DNA from: an uncultured Thermoanaerobaculia bacterium
Lineage (GTDB): Bacteria > Acidobacteriota > Thermoanaerobaculia > Multivoradales > J023
NCBI GenBank assembly: GCA_964565225.1
Contig: CAZMEL010000001.1
Span: 1,424 to 65,423, forward strand
Direction of reading: 5' to 3'
Length of the DNA: 64,000 nt
Below the pieces are notes generated by a model that saw nothing but the letters and a program-made list of their open reading frames with translations, was not told the DNA's origin and ran no database searches. The position numbers and the translations under genes were made by a program. Positions 30,601 through 40,800 of this stretch are shown here, in pieces; position 1 is the first letter of the stretch; every line of letters starts with the position of its first letter.

Positions 30601-31388
30601 CGTCCGCGGCGGCCCTCTTGGGATCTCCCGGCCAGGGCAATTACGCGGCGGCCAACGCCTTTCTACCGGCCGTGGCCCTCCACCGGCGAGCCGCCGGGCT
30701 GCCGGCCGTGTCCCTGGATTGGGGCCCTTGGGCCGAGGTGGGCATGGCGGCCGATGAAGCACGGGGGGGCCTCTTGGCCCGACGCGGCTTGCGCGGCCTG
30801 CGCACGAGCGAAGCCCTGGACGCCCTATCGTCCCATCTGCTCTGTCCCGGAGCTCCGTCCGCGGCGGTTCTCGCCTTGGATCCCGAGGCCTGGGCCGCGA
30901 GCTATCCAGCAGCCGGACGGGGTCTGCTGGCCGGATGGGTCGCCAGCGGCGAGGCCGCCGGGGACTCGGCAGCCAACCGCGGACCGATCACCGGCGAGAC
31001 GCCGGAAGAGCGCCGGCACGAGCTCCTGGACTATTTGTGCGTGCAGGTCTCCCGAGTCATGGGCACCGACGGTGTGGAGGTAAATCCCTCTGCGCCCCTG
31101 GGGGATTACGGCCTCGGCTCCCTGCAATCCACGGAGCTGCGCAATGCCCTGGAAGGGGATTTGGGGGTCTCCTTGCCCTCCACCCTGATCTGGCGTTTCC
31201 CCACGGTGGCGGATCTGGCAGCGGAGGTGGCCGAGCAAATGGGCCTGGACATTGCCGGGGAATCGCCGCCGGAGACGGTGCCGAGCGCGGAGACCTCGGG
31301 CGAAGACTCGATCGAAGTATCCGAAACCGAAGACCTGGGGGACCTGCTCGACCAAGAGCTGGTGAGCCTCGAGACCCTGATGGGTTGA
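24687..31388 (+). CDS. Type I PKS module KS-AT-DH-ER-KR-ACP (fully reducing), about 2233 aa.
   Basis: ATG 24687 is preceded by AAGGAGAGAG; the track GTG at 24669 is a short extension. [24 protein letters not shown] HPLLGVHxxxx[45 protein letters not shown]. Confidence 0.95.
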   Translation: MSTDRGNGKDSAAKRALIAVQTLRTKLDAVQRAQKEPIAVVGMGCRFPGGAESLDAYWQLLRDGVDGIVEIPPDRWDVDDYYHTDEAKAGKMNTRWGGFLRSSIREFDADFFGISRLEAEHMDPQQRLLLEVAWETLEHAGEAPEGVAGSRTGVFVGVTSHSDEYWQRFIDPARIGAFSGTGTSHSVISGRLSYFFDFHGPSVAVDTACSSSLVAVHQACMSLRAGECDAALAGGVNLILEPHFTIAMSRIGLMASDGRCKTFDHRADGYVRGEGCGLVMLRRLSDALERGDRILATIRGSAVVQDGKTNGLSAPNGLSQQKVLRAALEQAELSAEDVGYIEAHGTGTALGDPIEIEALDAVYGEGCGSGRRCTVGAVKSNVGHLEGAAGIAGLIKAVLVLDRAVIPKNLHFEELNPHIELDHSPLDLATSTEPWPRTRAPRHVGVSSFGWSGTNAHVVLGEAPETAPRPDARDRPALLCLSAASPAALTIAAERLGDFLAGESGEESAASAPELRDVAHTLTRGRAVFPHRLALAAETPAEAAAELRAFVEHGRPGRSSAVGPRESGATGEEPVVFVFSGQGSQWAGMAADLYEQQPIFREALDRVDAALVAEGVTSPKAAIAEDEASGRMQRTDVAQPTIFAVQVALAELYASLGVKPAAVVGHSVGEIAAALVAGALDLKGAARVVRHRSRLMQSRTGLGRMALVAVGADRVAEVLAELDTFAGRVVAAAFNAPDATVLAGDEEALEAALARFAELGVEAKSLRVDYAFHSPQMDPVLDELETSLAGLQSREPVVPMVSTVTAAPVAEGELGAGYWRRNVRLPVRFADALERLLADGRRTFLEVGPHPVLSMGMGDQLRERGEKGVVAGSLRRGEPGLRSLWIGLAALWTAGVPVDRHAVNGTGGRTVDLPTYPWQRSTHWLERPALGFGASASSTAGLLAPPADHPLLGVHVEVAADRPTHIFEAQLRLDDLPWLRDHRVRGTVVMPGAALAEMLAASARRAFGESCRLRDMRFEHPLILAEAGRAVQVAWVSEVSGHATGRIISRPSGSAAGANAVVHARAGVSFAGEVPAPEPSERLRTEGMVELEVDRLYGDLEDRGLAYGPAFRGVRSLFRASAEADEGPVPVCAEVSLPPSVTADAEGRGVEDGGAEAYGVHPVLLDAAFQAVTAALPESAGTPVPVGCRSYRIHAPAGPSTGVIVRRSEKVSSVAAGEEPLDVILVDAEGRPVAELLGLELARLADDAVADSNWHMTFEPAPLPELEGEAETALEGSWVIVAGADTNTVSAGEAEALARDLRAAGAEVDVLPGLADRDTLHGVSGVVDLRALDLVSLDPEAFDPEALDRALVDALELIRLCTAEDGNRPARRLGVTLGAGARGVVRPASAPFWGLDRVARSEYPGVALRSVDLDPESTPEQWRQQLVRECAAVESADEVVWRGGERFVPRLAHGVGAAELGGSIQAPSPADPAADEPLHADRDTFRLEVHRPGTVDGAVFRGVPTEEPGPGQAAVQIAASALNFSDVLKVMGTYPGLPEGPVPLGLEAVGRVTAVGEGVEHLTPGRDCLLLAPGALASRIVVDARLAVPMPTGFSVEEAAGLPVAYATAWYGLCDLARLQAGERVLIHSASGGVGLAAVRLAQSLGAEVIATAGTEEKRELLRSRGVEHVFDSRSLDFVDGVRALDGVPGVDVVLNSLVGEALTASLELLRSSGRFVEIGKRDIYDAGRLNLGLFQMNLSFFAVDLDAFLRSHPERIGRIWAGLEPLFGTGTVMPLPTMAYDLGTVDEALREMARGRHIGKFIIRVSGQEARGSRPAEVRSENAGPRDAERLRGTWLVTGGLGALGLEVAGRLAELGAERLVLAGRRGRDAVRGSVAAILDDLCASGVDVDVTALDVADESAVSTLVGRLVNADVPLRGIVHAAGVLEDGLLTGLDADAVRRVTAPKIRGTWNLHRATVEHGASLHNFVLFSSAAALLGSPGQGNYAAANAFLPAVALHRRAAGLPAVSLDWGPWAEVGMAADEARGGLLARRGLRGLRTSEALDALSSHLLCPGAPSAAVLALDPEAWAASYPAAGRGLLAGWVASGEAAGDSAANRGPITGETPEERRHELLDYLCVQVSRVMGTDGVEVNPSAPLGDYGLGSLQSTELRNALEGDLGVSLPSTLIWRFPTVADLAAEVAEQMGLDIAGESPPETVPSAETSGEDSIEVSETEDLGDLLDQELVSLETLMG

Positions 31389-31416
31389 AACCGAGACATA
31401 GACCGGAATTTCCAGA

Positions 31417-34400
31417 ATGAGCACTTCTTCTCCAGCGGGCCGCGACCCACAGATGATCAAAGCCCTCCAAGCCCTGCGCAAAGCCCGTGGCCGGCTCGAA
31501 GAGCTGGACGCCGAGCGGCGGGAGCCCATTGCCGTTGTGGGCATGGCCTGCCGGGCGCCCGGAGCCGAAAACACCGCAGAGCTGTGGCGCATGTTGGCCG
31601 TCGGCGAGACCGGCATCACCGAGGTACCGGCCAATCGTTGGGACGTGGATGCCTTCTACGACCCGGCCGGCACCGCGGGCAAGCTGAGCACCCGCCGGGG
31701 CGGCTTCTGCGACCAGGACTGGGATGAGATGGACGCCGCCTTCTTCGGCATCGCGCCGCGGGAAGCGGAGCAGGTGGACGCCCGCCAGCGCCTCTTTCTG
31801 GAGGTGGCCCAGGAGGCCCTGGACGACGCCGGGGTGATCGTGCCCGATCTGGCCGGCGGCAACACGGGAATCTTCCTCGGGGTGTCGTCCTCGGACCAGG
31901 AGTGGTTGGAGCTGACGTCTCCGAGCACCGTGGACGAGTACACGGGCACCGGCACCTCCACCAGCGTGGCGGCCGGTCGTCTGGCCTATCTCTACGACCT
32001 GCGTGGACCGGCGGTGGCCGTGGACACGGCTTGCTCGTCGTCTCTGGTGGCCACCCACCTGGCGTGCCGCAGCCTGCGCACCGGCGAGTCGGAGATCGCC
32101 GTGGTGGGTGGCGTCTACACCATGACCAGCCCCCTCTTCGCCATCGCCCTGGATCGCCTCGGCCTGTTGTCCGCGGACGGCCGATGCCGCACCTTCGATG
32201 CCGCGGCCGCCGGTACCGTGGCCGCCGAGGGCTGCGGGGTGGTGATCCTCAAACGCCTGCGAGACGCCCGCTCCGCCGGGGATCGGGTCCTGGCCGTGAT
32301 CCGCGGCTCGGCGATCAACCAGGACGGTCGCTCCGCCGGTCTCACCGCCCCCGCCTATGCTTCCCAGGTGGCGGTGATCCGCAAGGCTCTGGACGAAGCG
32401 GGTCTGGAGCCGTCGGCGGTGCAGCACGTGGAAGCCCACGGCACGGGCACGCCCCTGGGGGATCCCGTGGAAGTGGAGGCACTGGCCACCGTCTACGGCA
32501 AGGCCGGGGAGGTCCCCTGTCTCCTGGGGTCGGTGAAGAGCAATCTGGGGCACACCATGACCGCGGCCGGCGTGCTCGGCCTGATCAAGGTGGTGCTCTC
32601 CCTGCGCCACGGGGCGGTGCCCCCGGTAGCCGGCTTCGAGACGCCGAGCCCGCACCTGGACTTGAACGGCACCCGCCTCGAAGTGGCCGATCGCCTGAGC
32701 CCTTGGCCGGCCGCGGAGGGTCCGCGGGTCGCGGCGTTGAGCTCTTTCGGCTGGTCGGGCACCAACGCCCACGTGATCTTGGGCGACGCTCCCGACGGCG
32801 AAACCGAGGCATCCGAGGCCGCGGCCGGCGAGAGGGATCATCTGCTGGTGCTCTCCGCCCGCTCCCCTCGTGCCCTGGACGATCTGCTGCGCTCATACGC
32901 GGATTTCATCGGGAAGCCCGAGGCGCCGAGCCTGCGGGATGTCTGCCACACCGCCGGCCTGCGGCGCACGGCGCGGGAGTATCGGGCCGCGGTGGTGGCC
33001 CGGGACGCCGGCACTGCGGCCGAGCGCCTGCGGTCCCTGGCCGACGCCGGAGACGAGGGCACCACGGGCGAAGGCCTGGTGCGACCGCCGGTGGAAGGGC
33101 CCCAGGCCCGCGGCCCGGTTTTTGTCTTCGCCGGCCAGGGCTCCCAATGGATCGGCATGGGCCGCGACCTGCTGAGCGGTGACGATGCCTTCGGCGAGCC
33201 CTTCCGCCTTGCCTTGGAGGAGTTCGATCGCCATTTCGAGCCCCTGGCCGGCTTCTCGGTTCGCGCCGAGCTGATGGCGGACGAAACGTCGTCCCGCCTG
33301 CACGAGACCGCCGTGGTCCAGCCCGTGCTCTGCGCCCTGCAGCTTGCCCAAGTGGCCCTGTGGTCTCGACTGGGGGTGCAGCCGGCCGCGGTAGTGGGGC
33401 ACAGCGTGGGGGAGATCGCCGCCGCGGTCACCGCCGGCATTCTCGACACGGCCGCCGCCGCTCGCCTGGCCTATCACCGAGGGCGGTTGATGCAAGAGGC
33501 GCCGTCCGACGGTCGTATGGTGGCCGTGCGTGCCGGCCGCGAGAAACTGGAGCAGCGTCTGCGCACCGCGGGCCTGGAGGACCGTGTGTCCGTGGCCGCG
33601 GCCAACTCGCCGCGCTCCGCTGTCCTGTCCGGCCCCGAGAAGGATGTGGAAGCCCTGGTCTCCGATCTGGAGGCCGAAGGTGTGGACATCCAACGTCTGC
33701 CCGTACGCTACGCCTTCCACAGTCCGCAGATGGATTCCTTCGGTGAGAAGCTGCGAGCGGAGCTGGCGGGCTTGGCGCCCCGGGCCGGGGATCTACCTCT
33801 CTACTCCACGGTGACCGGCGGTCTCGCGGCCGACGAGCCCTTGGATGCCGGATATTGGGGGCGGGGCATTCGCGCCGGGGTGCGTTTCGCCGACGCGGTG
33901 GCCGCCCTGGCGGACGACGGCTACGACACCTTCGTGGAGATCGGGCCCCATCGAGTTCTGGCCGGGGATCTGCGCCAGATCCTGGAGGACCGCGGGGTCA
34001 TCGGCACCATCCTGGCCTCGGGCCGGCGAGACAGGCCCTTCCACCCCGTGTTCCTGGAGGCGGCCGGCGGTCTCTTCGCCCGTGGCCTGCCCGTGGACCT
34101 GGCTGCCTGCGGCCTCGATGCCGGCCGCAGGGTGGACCTGCCGGCCTATCCTTGGCAGCGTCGCAAGTTGAAGCGTCGGCGTTCGGCTTCGGCCGGAGAT
34201 CCTCTGGCCGTTCCCGCCGGCTCTCTGCTCGGTGTACGGCAGGATTCGGGCGACGGACGCAAGGCGTGGAGCCGCCGGTTGAGCGTGGCGTCCGTTCCGT
34301 GGCTCGACGACCACCGGGTGGAAGGGGCGGTGGTGGTGCCGGGCACCGCCTGGGTAGAGATGGCTCTGGCCGCTCTGGCGGACCTGGCCGTCGACCGGGA

Positions 34401-37400
34401 CGGCGAGCCGGTGCGGGATCTGGAGAGCTTCGAGATCCACGGACCCCTGGTCCTGGCCGACGGCGGCGGCGCGGAGGGCGACGCCGAGGTGCAGGTGGTG
34501 TGGACGCCGGAAGACGGTACCCGTGCCGCTCGTCTGGAGATTTTCAGCCGCCCGTCCAAGGACACGCCTTGGACCTTGCACGCCACGGCCCTGCCCCGCG
34601 CCGGCTCCGAGCCCCTGCCCGAGCCCGAGGCAGGTCTGCGGGATCGGGCGGACGCGGACACGGTCTTCGATGCCGAGGAATACTACGGCCTGCTGGCCCG
34701 TTGGGGCCTGCATTACGGTCCTTCCTTTCAAGGGATTCGGCGGGTAGCCCGCCATGGCGACAGCGCGGTGGTGGAGCTCGAGATCCCGTCGGGACCGGCG
34801 GAGCAGTGGAGTGCCTATCGGCTCCATCCCGCGGTTCTGGACGCGGCCTTCCAAGGGGCCGGTGTGCTGGTGGACGAGGGTCCCGATGGCCGACCCTGGG
34901 TGCCCGTGAAGCTCGGACGTCTGTGCCTCGCCCCGGCGGCCACGGCCCTGCCTCGGTGGGCCCGGCTGGATCCCAGCCCCGGAGCATCGGAGCCGGGACG
35001 CCGTGGCTTCCATCTACGTCTGCTCACCGAAGAAGGCCGCACCGTGGTGTCGGTGGAAAACCTGGTGCTGCACCGCCTGGCGGAGGCCGAGGAGACCCGT
35101 CCGCGAGATGAGCGCTTCCGGCTCGTGGCCGAGGAGTCGGCGTTGGAGCTTTCGGGCATCGAGGAGCCAACCGTCCGACGGCTGGTGATCGACGGGGGAG
35201 GCGACGGCTTTGCCGCCGCCGTGGCCACGGCCCTGAATGCGGACCTCGGTCGGCCCGAGGAGCCGGCGATCAACGGCAAGGACGAGGTGGTCTTCGTGGC
35301 CGGCTCCGACGACTCCGACGACCTTGCCGCCTTCACCGAGAAACAATGCAAGGCCTTGGCGTCCGTGGTGCGGGCGATTGCCGGTGCCCGGCCGACGGCC
35401 GGTGCATCGACGCCCCGTTTGCTCGTGCTCACCCGCGGTACCGCGGATCCTTCCGCCGCAGCAGTCCTGGGTCTGGCCCGTACCGTGGGCCGGGAGCATC
35501 CGGAGCTGAAATGCCTGCGGGTGGACGTGGCCGTCGATCTGTCGACGGAGGACGCGGCCCGGATCCTGGCCGGCGAATCCGCCCTGACCGAAGGGGAGGA
35601 AGAGAGCCGGTGGAGCCGCGATGAGGTGTCCGGTGAGCTCGAACGCCGGGTGATGCGCCTGCGATCGGCGGAGGACGAGGATCGACCCCGGGCCCTACGA
35701 CAAGGCGAGGCGTGCCGCCTGGAAAGTGATCGTCCCGGGGTGATCGACGCCCTGCGTCTCACCGCCCTGGGCCGCCAGACCCCGGCCGCCGACGAGGTGG
35801 AGCTAGAGGTCGTGGCCGCCGGCCTCAACTTCAGCGACGTGATGAAGGCCATGGGCATCTACCCCGGCCTGCCGGACGGTCCTCTGCCCCTGGGCATCGA
35901 GTGCGCCGGCCGCGTGACCGCGGTGGGCAGCGGAGTAGAGGGTCTGGCCACGGGGGACGAGGTGATCGCTTTCGGTTTCTTCACCCTGGCTTCGCGGGTC
36001 ATCCTGCCGGCTTCGTTGGTGGTGGCCAAACCGGGCAATCTCACCCTCCCCGAAGCCGCCTGCGTGCCCGTGGCCTTCGGTACAGCCCACTATGCCCTCG
36101 ATCGTCTGGGGGCCATGGCGGCCGGCGAAAAGGTGCTGATCCACTCCGCGTCCGGTGGTGTGGGTCAAGCCGCGGTGCAGCTGGCCCGCGCGGCCGGTGC
36201 CGAGATCTTCGCCACCGCCGGCACGGAGGCCAAGCGCCAGTTCTTGCGCGAGCAGGGGATCGAGCACGTGATGGACTCCCGGTCGTTGGATTTCGTCCGT
36301 CAGATCCATGAGATCACCGACGGTCGCGGCTTGGACCTGGTGCTCAACTCCCTGGCCGGGGAGGCCCTGGCCGCCGGTCTCGACTGCCTGGCCGAGGGTG
36401 GGCGGTTTCTGGAGCTGGGCAAGCGAGACATCTACGGAGACAGCGCTCTGGGCATGGCGCCGTTCCGGCGCAACCTGTCGTTTTTCGCCATCGACCTGGA
36501 TCAGATGTGCCGGCGCAAACCCGAGCGGGTGGGAGCCCTGCTCCACGAGCTGGTGCCCCGCTTCGAGAGCAAAGAGCTGGTGCCGCCCACCTTCGAGCTG
36601 ATCCCGGTCGCCGACGTGCAAGAGCCTTTCCGCACCATGTCCCGTGGCCGTCATCTGGGAAAGCTGGTGATCGACTTCGAGAAAGCCGAGGGTCTACCGG
36701 CGGCCCCGCCGTCGGAGCTGCGCTGCGATGCCGTCGGCGTCTGGATTCTCACCGGCGGTCTCGGTGGCCTGGGCCTGCGGGTGGCCGATTTCCTGGTGCA
36801 GCGTGGGGCCAAACGCCTGATCCTGGTGGGCCGTTCGGGCCTCGGCCCGGTGGACGGAGGCCGGCCGCCCCGAGACGACGCTCACCGGGCGGTGGAGGCG
36901 TGGCGCGAGCGCGGAGTGCGAGTGGCCGTGGCGCGAGCGGATGTGGCGCGGTGGGACGAGCTCCGAACGGCCTTGGCCGATGCCCTGGAACGTGTGGACG
37001 GCAAAGAGATTCGCGGCGTGGTTCACGCCGCCGGGGTGCTGCGGGACCGCCTGCTCATGGACCAGACCGACGACGATTGGGCCCGTGTCCTGGCCCCCAA
37101 GGTGGCCGGCGCCGTGAACCTCGCCCGCTTCCTGGAGGAGCGCGGGCAGCAGCCGGAATACTTCGTCTCGTTCTCGTCCATCTCCGCCGTCCTCGGGACG
37201 CCCGGGCAGAGCAATTACGCGGCGGCCAACGCCTTCCTCGACGCCTTCACCTACCGCCTGCGGGCCCGCGGGATCCGCGCCGCGAGCATCGGCTGGGGAC
37301 CCTGGGGCGAGGTGGGCATGGCCGCCGGTCTGAGCTCTGAGCAACGAGCGGCCATGGGCGGAGTACGCCCCCTGCCGCCGACCGACGCCCTGGCTCAGCT

Positions 37401-37878
37401 GGAGTATCTGATGGTGCGCGACGAGCCCGAGACCGTGGTGTCGCGGGTGGTGGGTGGTCGCTGGCCCGCCTTTGCCCACGGCTCGCCTTTGCTCGACCTG
37501 CCGTCCGCAGCGATGGACCGGGCCCCCGAGGACACGGACATGCCCTTGGTGGATCGCCTGCGCGGTTGGCTCGCAGATGCCCTGCAATGTGCCGCCGCCG
37601 AGGTGGACCTGAACCGTTCCTTGGTGAGCCTGGGTCTGGACTCTCTGATGGCCGTGGAGCTGAAGAACCGCGTGTTGGCTTCCACGGGCGTGGACATTCC
37701 TCTGTCCAAGCTGCTGTTGGCCCCGAGCGCAACGGCCCTGGCCGAGCAGATCCGGGAGAAGGCCGGCATTACGGCTCCCGTTCACGAATCCGTCTCTGAT
37801 GCACATTCCGAAATCGAACCCCGAACCCAACCCGAGGCTTCACCTTCGACCGAAGCCTGGGAGGAGCTGACCCTATGA
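31417..37878 (+). CDS. Type I PKS module KS-AT-DH-ER-KR-ACP (fully reducing), 2153 aa.
   Basis: [89 protein letters not shown]. Its stop overlaps the ATG of the next gene (ATGA at 37875..37878). Confidence 0.95.
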   Translation: MSTSSPAGRDPQMIKALQALRKARGRLEELDAERREPIAVVGMACRAPGAENTAELWRMLAVGETGITEVPANRWDVDAFYDPAGTAGKLSTRRGGFCDQDWDEMDAAFFGIAPREAEQVDARQRLFLEVAQEALDDAGVIVPDLAGGNTGIFLGVSSSDQEWLELTSPSTVDEYTGTGTSTSVAAGRLAYLYDLRGPAVAVDTACSSSLVATHLACRSLRTGESEIAVVGGVYTMTSPLFAIALDRLGLLSADGRCRTFDAAAAGTVAAEGCGVVILKRLRDARSAGDRVLAVIRGSAINQDGRSAGLTAPAYASQVAVIRKALDEAGLEPSAVQHVEAHGTGTPLGDPVEVEALATVYGKAGEVPCLLGSVKSNLGHTMTAAGVLGLIKVVLSLRHGAVPPVAGFETPSPHLDLNGTRLEVADRLSPWPAAEGPRVAALSSFGWSGTNAHVILGDAPDGETEASEAAAGERDHLLVLSARSPRALDDLLRSYADFIGKPEAPSLRDVCHTAGLRRTAREYRAAVVARDAGTAAERLRSLADAGDEGTTGEGLVRPPVEGPQARGPVFVFAGQGSQWIGMGRDLLSGDDAFGEPFRLALEEFDRHFEPLAGFSVRAELMADETSSRLHETAVVQPVLCALQLAQVALWSRLGVQPAAVVGHSVGEIAAAVTAGILDTAAAARLAYHRGRLMQEAPSDGRMVAVRAGREKLEQRLRTAGLEDRVSVAAANSPRSAVLSGPEKDVEALVSDLEAEGVDIQRLPVRYAFHSPQMDSFGEKLRAELAGLAPRAGDLPLYSTVTGGLAADEPLDAGYWGRGIRAGVRFADAVAALADDGYDTFVEIGPHRVLAGDLRQILEDRGVIGTILASGRRDRPFHPVFLEAAGGLFARGLPVDLAACGLDAGRRVDLPAYPWQRRKLKRRRSASAGDPLAVPAGSLLGVRQDSGDGRKAWSRRLSVASVPWLDDHRVEGAVVVPGTAWVEMALAALADLAVDRDGEPVRDLESFEIHGPLVLADGGGAEGDAEVQVVWTPEDGTRAARLEIFSRPSKDTPWTLHATALPRAGSEPLPEPEAGLRDRADADTVFDAEEYYGLLARWGLHYGPSFQGIRRVARHGDSAVVELEIPSGPAEQWSAYRLHPAVLDAAFQGAGVLVDEGPDGRPWVPVKLGRLCLAPAATALPRWARLDPSPGASEPGRRGFHLRLLTEEGRTVVSVENLVLHRLAEAEETRPRDERFRLVAEESALELSGIEEPTVRRLVIDGGGDGFAAAVATALNADLGRPEEPAINGKDEVVFVAGSDDSDDLAAFTEKQCKALASVVRAIAGARPTAGASTPRLLVLTRGTADPSAAAVLGLARTVGREHPELKCLRVDVAVDLSTEDAARILAGESALTEGEEESRWSRDEVSGELERRVMRLRSAEDEDRPRALRQGEACRLESDRPGVIDALRLTALGRQTPAADEVELEVVAAGLNFSDVMKAMGIYPGLPDGPLPLGIECAGRVTAVGSGVEGLATGDEVIAFGFFTLASRVILPASLVVAKPGNLTLPEAACVPVAFGTAHYALDRLGAMAAGEKVLIHSASGGVGQAAVQLARAAGAEIFATAGTEAKRQFLREQGIEHVMDSRSLDFVRQIHEITDGRGLDLVLNSLAGEALAAGLDCLAEGGRFLELGKRDIYGDSALGMAPFRRNLSFFAIDLDQMCRRKPERVGALLHELVPRFESKELVPPTFELIPVADVQEPFRTMSRGRHLGKLVIDFEKAEGLPAAPPSELRCDAVGVWILTGGLGGLGLRVADFLVQRGAKRLILVGRSGLGPVDGGRPPRDDAHRAVEAWRERGVRVAVARADVARWDELRTALADALERVDGKEIRGVVHAAGVLRDRLLMDQTDDDWARVLAPKVAGAVNLARFLEERGQQPEYFVSFSSISAVLGTPGQSNYAAANAFLDAFTYRLRARGIRAASIGWGPWGEVGMAAGLSSEQRAAMGGVRPLPPTDALAQLEYLMVRDEPETVVSRVVGGRWPAFAHGSPLLDLPSAAMDRAPEDTDMPLVDRLRGWLADALQCAAAEVDLNRSLVSLGLDSLMAVELKNRVLASTGVDIPLSKLLLAPSATALAEQIREKAGITAPVHESVSDAHSEIEPRTQPEASPSTEAWEELTL

Positions 37879-40800
37879 AGACCCTGTCCAGCGCCGCCAG
37901 GATCCTCGACGATCTGGCCTCGCGCGGCGTCCAAATGTGGCCCGAGGGAGAGCACTTGCGTCTCCGCTCGCCGGCGGGAGTGCTCGATGCCGAGGACCGT
38001 GACCGCCTGCGGGAGCACAAGGAAGACATCTTGCGTGAGCTACGCCGACGCAGCGCGACCCATCCGTTCCGCCTGGAGGTGGAGCCGGACCTGGCGGCAC
38101 GTAACGAGCCCTTCCCCCTGACCGACATTCAACAGGCCTATTGGATCGGCCGCCAGGAAGCCTTCGATCTCGGGGACGTGGCCATCCACTATTACACCGA
38201 GGTGGACTGCCGGAACCTGGACTTGCCGCGCCTCGAGCGGGCGTGGAATCGCGTGGTGCGACGCCACGACATGTTGCGGGCCGTGGTCCATGCCGTGGGT
38301 GAGCAGCAGATCCTGGCCGAGGTGCCGGACTACGAGATTCCGGTCGTGGATCTCCGGAACCTGGACGAGACGGCGCGGACCGAGGCCCTGCAAGCCTGCC
38401 GCGACGAGATGTCCCACCGGGTGCCCGACGCCGCGAGCTGGCCCTGCTTCGCCCTGCGTGCGCATCGCCTGGAGGAGGATTCGGTGCGCCTGCACGTGAG
38501 CCTGGACCTGCTGCACGTGGACGGCGCCAGCATCCTGATCCTCTTCGAGGATTGGATTCGCCTCTACGGCGACGAAGAGGCCGAGCTCGAGCCCTTGGAG
38601 CTGTCCTATCGGGATTATGTGCAGGCCGAGCATCGGCTGGCCGAATCTCCCGAGATGGAAAAGGGCCTGGCCTGGTGGCGAGACAAGGTGCGGCAGCTGC
38701 CGCCGGCACCGGACCTGCCCTTGGCCGTGGCGCCGAGCCGCCTGGAGCACACCCGCTTCGTGCGCAGGGTGCTCGAAGTCTCCCCCGACGTCTTCGCCCG
38801 TCTCAAGGAACGCGCCACGGAGATCGGCCTGACGCCCACGGCCTTCTTCCTCACGGCTTTTTCAGAAACCCTGCGGGCCTACGCCAAGGCCGCGGACTTC
38901 ACCCTCAATGTCACCCTTTTCAACCGCCTGCCCGTGCACCCGCAGGTGAACCGGCTGGTGGGTGATTTCACCAGCATGGTGCTCTTGGCCGACCGCGCTC
39001 GGGCCGGCGAGGCCCTGGAGGACCACGCCCGGCGCTTGCAGGTGGACCTGTGGGAGGCCCTCGAGCATCGCTGGGTGTCGGGGGTGAAGGTGTTGGGGGA
39101 GCTCAATCGCATTCAGAAGAGCTCGGCCGGCGGTGTGATGCCCATTGTTTTCACCAGCCTCTTGGACCTCAATACCCAGGGCTTCGCCGCCGACGTGCTG
39201 GCGCCCTTGGGAAAAGAGATCTACACCATCACGCAAACACCCCAGGTCTATCTGGACCACCAGGTGCGGGAGACCCCGGACGGCGGGGTGGTGCTGTCCT
39301 GGGACGTCGTGGAAGATCTCTTCGCCGACGGCATGGTGGAAGAGATGCTGGCCGCCTACCACCGCCTGCTGCATCGCCTGGTGGACGAGCCCGAGCTGTG
39401 GCGGGGCCCGGTCCCCGGGGTAGTGTCTCGAGGGGAGATGGAGCGTCGGCGTCGGCTCAACGACACCGCCGCGCCGATTCCCGAGACCACCCTCTACCAC
39501 TTGTTCCGGGGACGGGCGGCGGCGGATCCCGAGGCACCGGCCGTGCTCACCGCAGACCACACCCTGACCTACGGCGAGCTGGATCGTTCGAGCCGTCATC
39601 TGGGGCTGCGCCTACGGCAAGCCGGCGCCGAGCCCGACCGGCTGGTGGCGGTGAGCATGGAGAAGGGATGGCAGCAGGTGTTGGCCTCGGTGGCCGTGCA
39701 CGCGGCCGGTAGCGCCTACCTGCCGGTGGATCCGGCCCTACCGCGGGAGCGGCGGGATTACCTGCTGCGCAACGGTGAGGTCTGTGCCGTTCTCACCTCG
39801 GGCTCTGCTGCGGACGGTGGCGGTCCCTGGCCCGACGGAGTGGAGGTGATCGCCGTCGACCGTTTCTTGGCCGGCTCGGCCGTGGCCGAAGAGCCGCCGG
39901 AGCTGGAGCCGGTCCAAGGGCCGCGCCATCTTTCTCATGTGATCTACACCTCCGGATCCACCGGCATGCCCAAGGGAGTGATGGTGGAGCACCGCAGCGT
40001 GGTCAACCGCATGCTCGATATCGTCGAGCGCTTCCAGATCGGACCCGGAGACAAGGCCCTGGGCCTCACGGCTCTGCACCACGACCTTTCGGTCTTCGAC
40101 ATCTTTGGCGTGCTCACCGCCGGGGCCGCCGTAGTACTGCCGGACGAGGAGGGCCGGCGGGATCCCGGGGTTTGGCTGGAGCTGATGGCCGAGCACGGCG
40201 TGACCCTGTGGAATTCGGTCCCGGCCTTCCTGGAAATGCTTCTGGAGTATGTAGAGGACGGCGCCGCCGAAGAGGTGCCGGATGGCCTGCGGTGGATCAT
40301 TCTGGCCGGGGATTGGATTCCCGTGAGCCTGCCGGACCGAGCCCGCGCCCTGTGGCCCGAGCTCACCTTCATCGCCTCCGGCGGGCCCACGGAAACTTGT
40401 ATCTGGGATATCTGGAATCCCGTGGGTGAGGTGGATCCGGAATGGCCCAGCATCCCCTACGGCAAGCCCCTCAAGAACGCGGTCTACCACGTGCTCGACC
40501 ACAATCTGGAGCATCGTCCCACCGGCGTGGCGGGGGAGATGTACATCGGCGGTGCCGGCTTGGCCCGCGGATATTGGAAGGATCCGGAGCGCACGGCGGA
40601 GAAGTTCATCGTCCATCCGAAGACGGGGGAGCGCCTCTATCGCAGTGGCGATTGGGGACGCTACCTGCCGGACGGCAACCTGGAATTCATGGGTCGCCAG
40701 GATCACCAGGTGAAGATCCAGGGCCAGCGCATCGAGTTGGGAGAGATCGAAGCCGCCTTGACCTCCCATCCGGAGGTTCGGGCCGCGGTGGCGTCCGTGC

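Noticed and set aside
16583-37830. Numerous long antisense ORFs inside the PKS genes (for example 16583..17869, 18249..19793, 21752..22945, 24471..27005, 27306..28649, 31057..32841, 36694..37830, all on the minus strand)
   Set aside because: They lie antisense to genes with unambiguous PKS/NRPS domain content. Their translations are Arg/Pro/Gly-rich low-complexity. They are a standard high-GC artefact.
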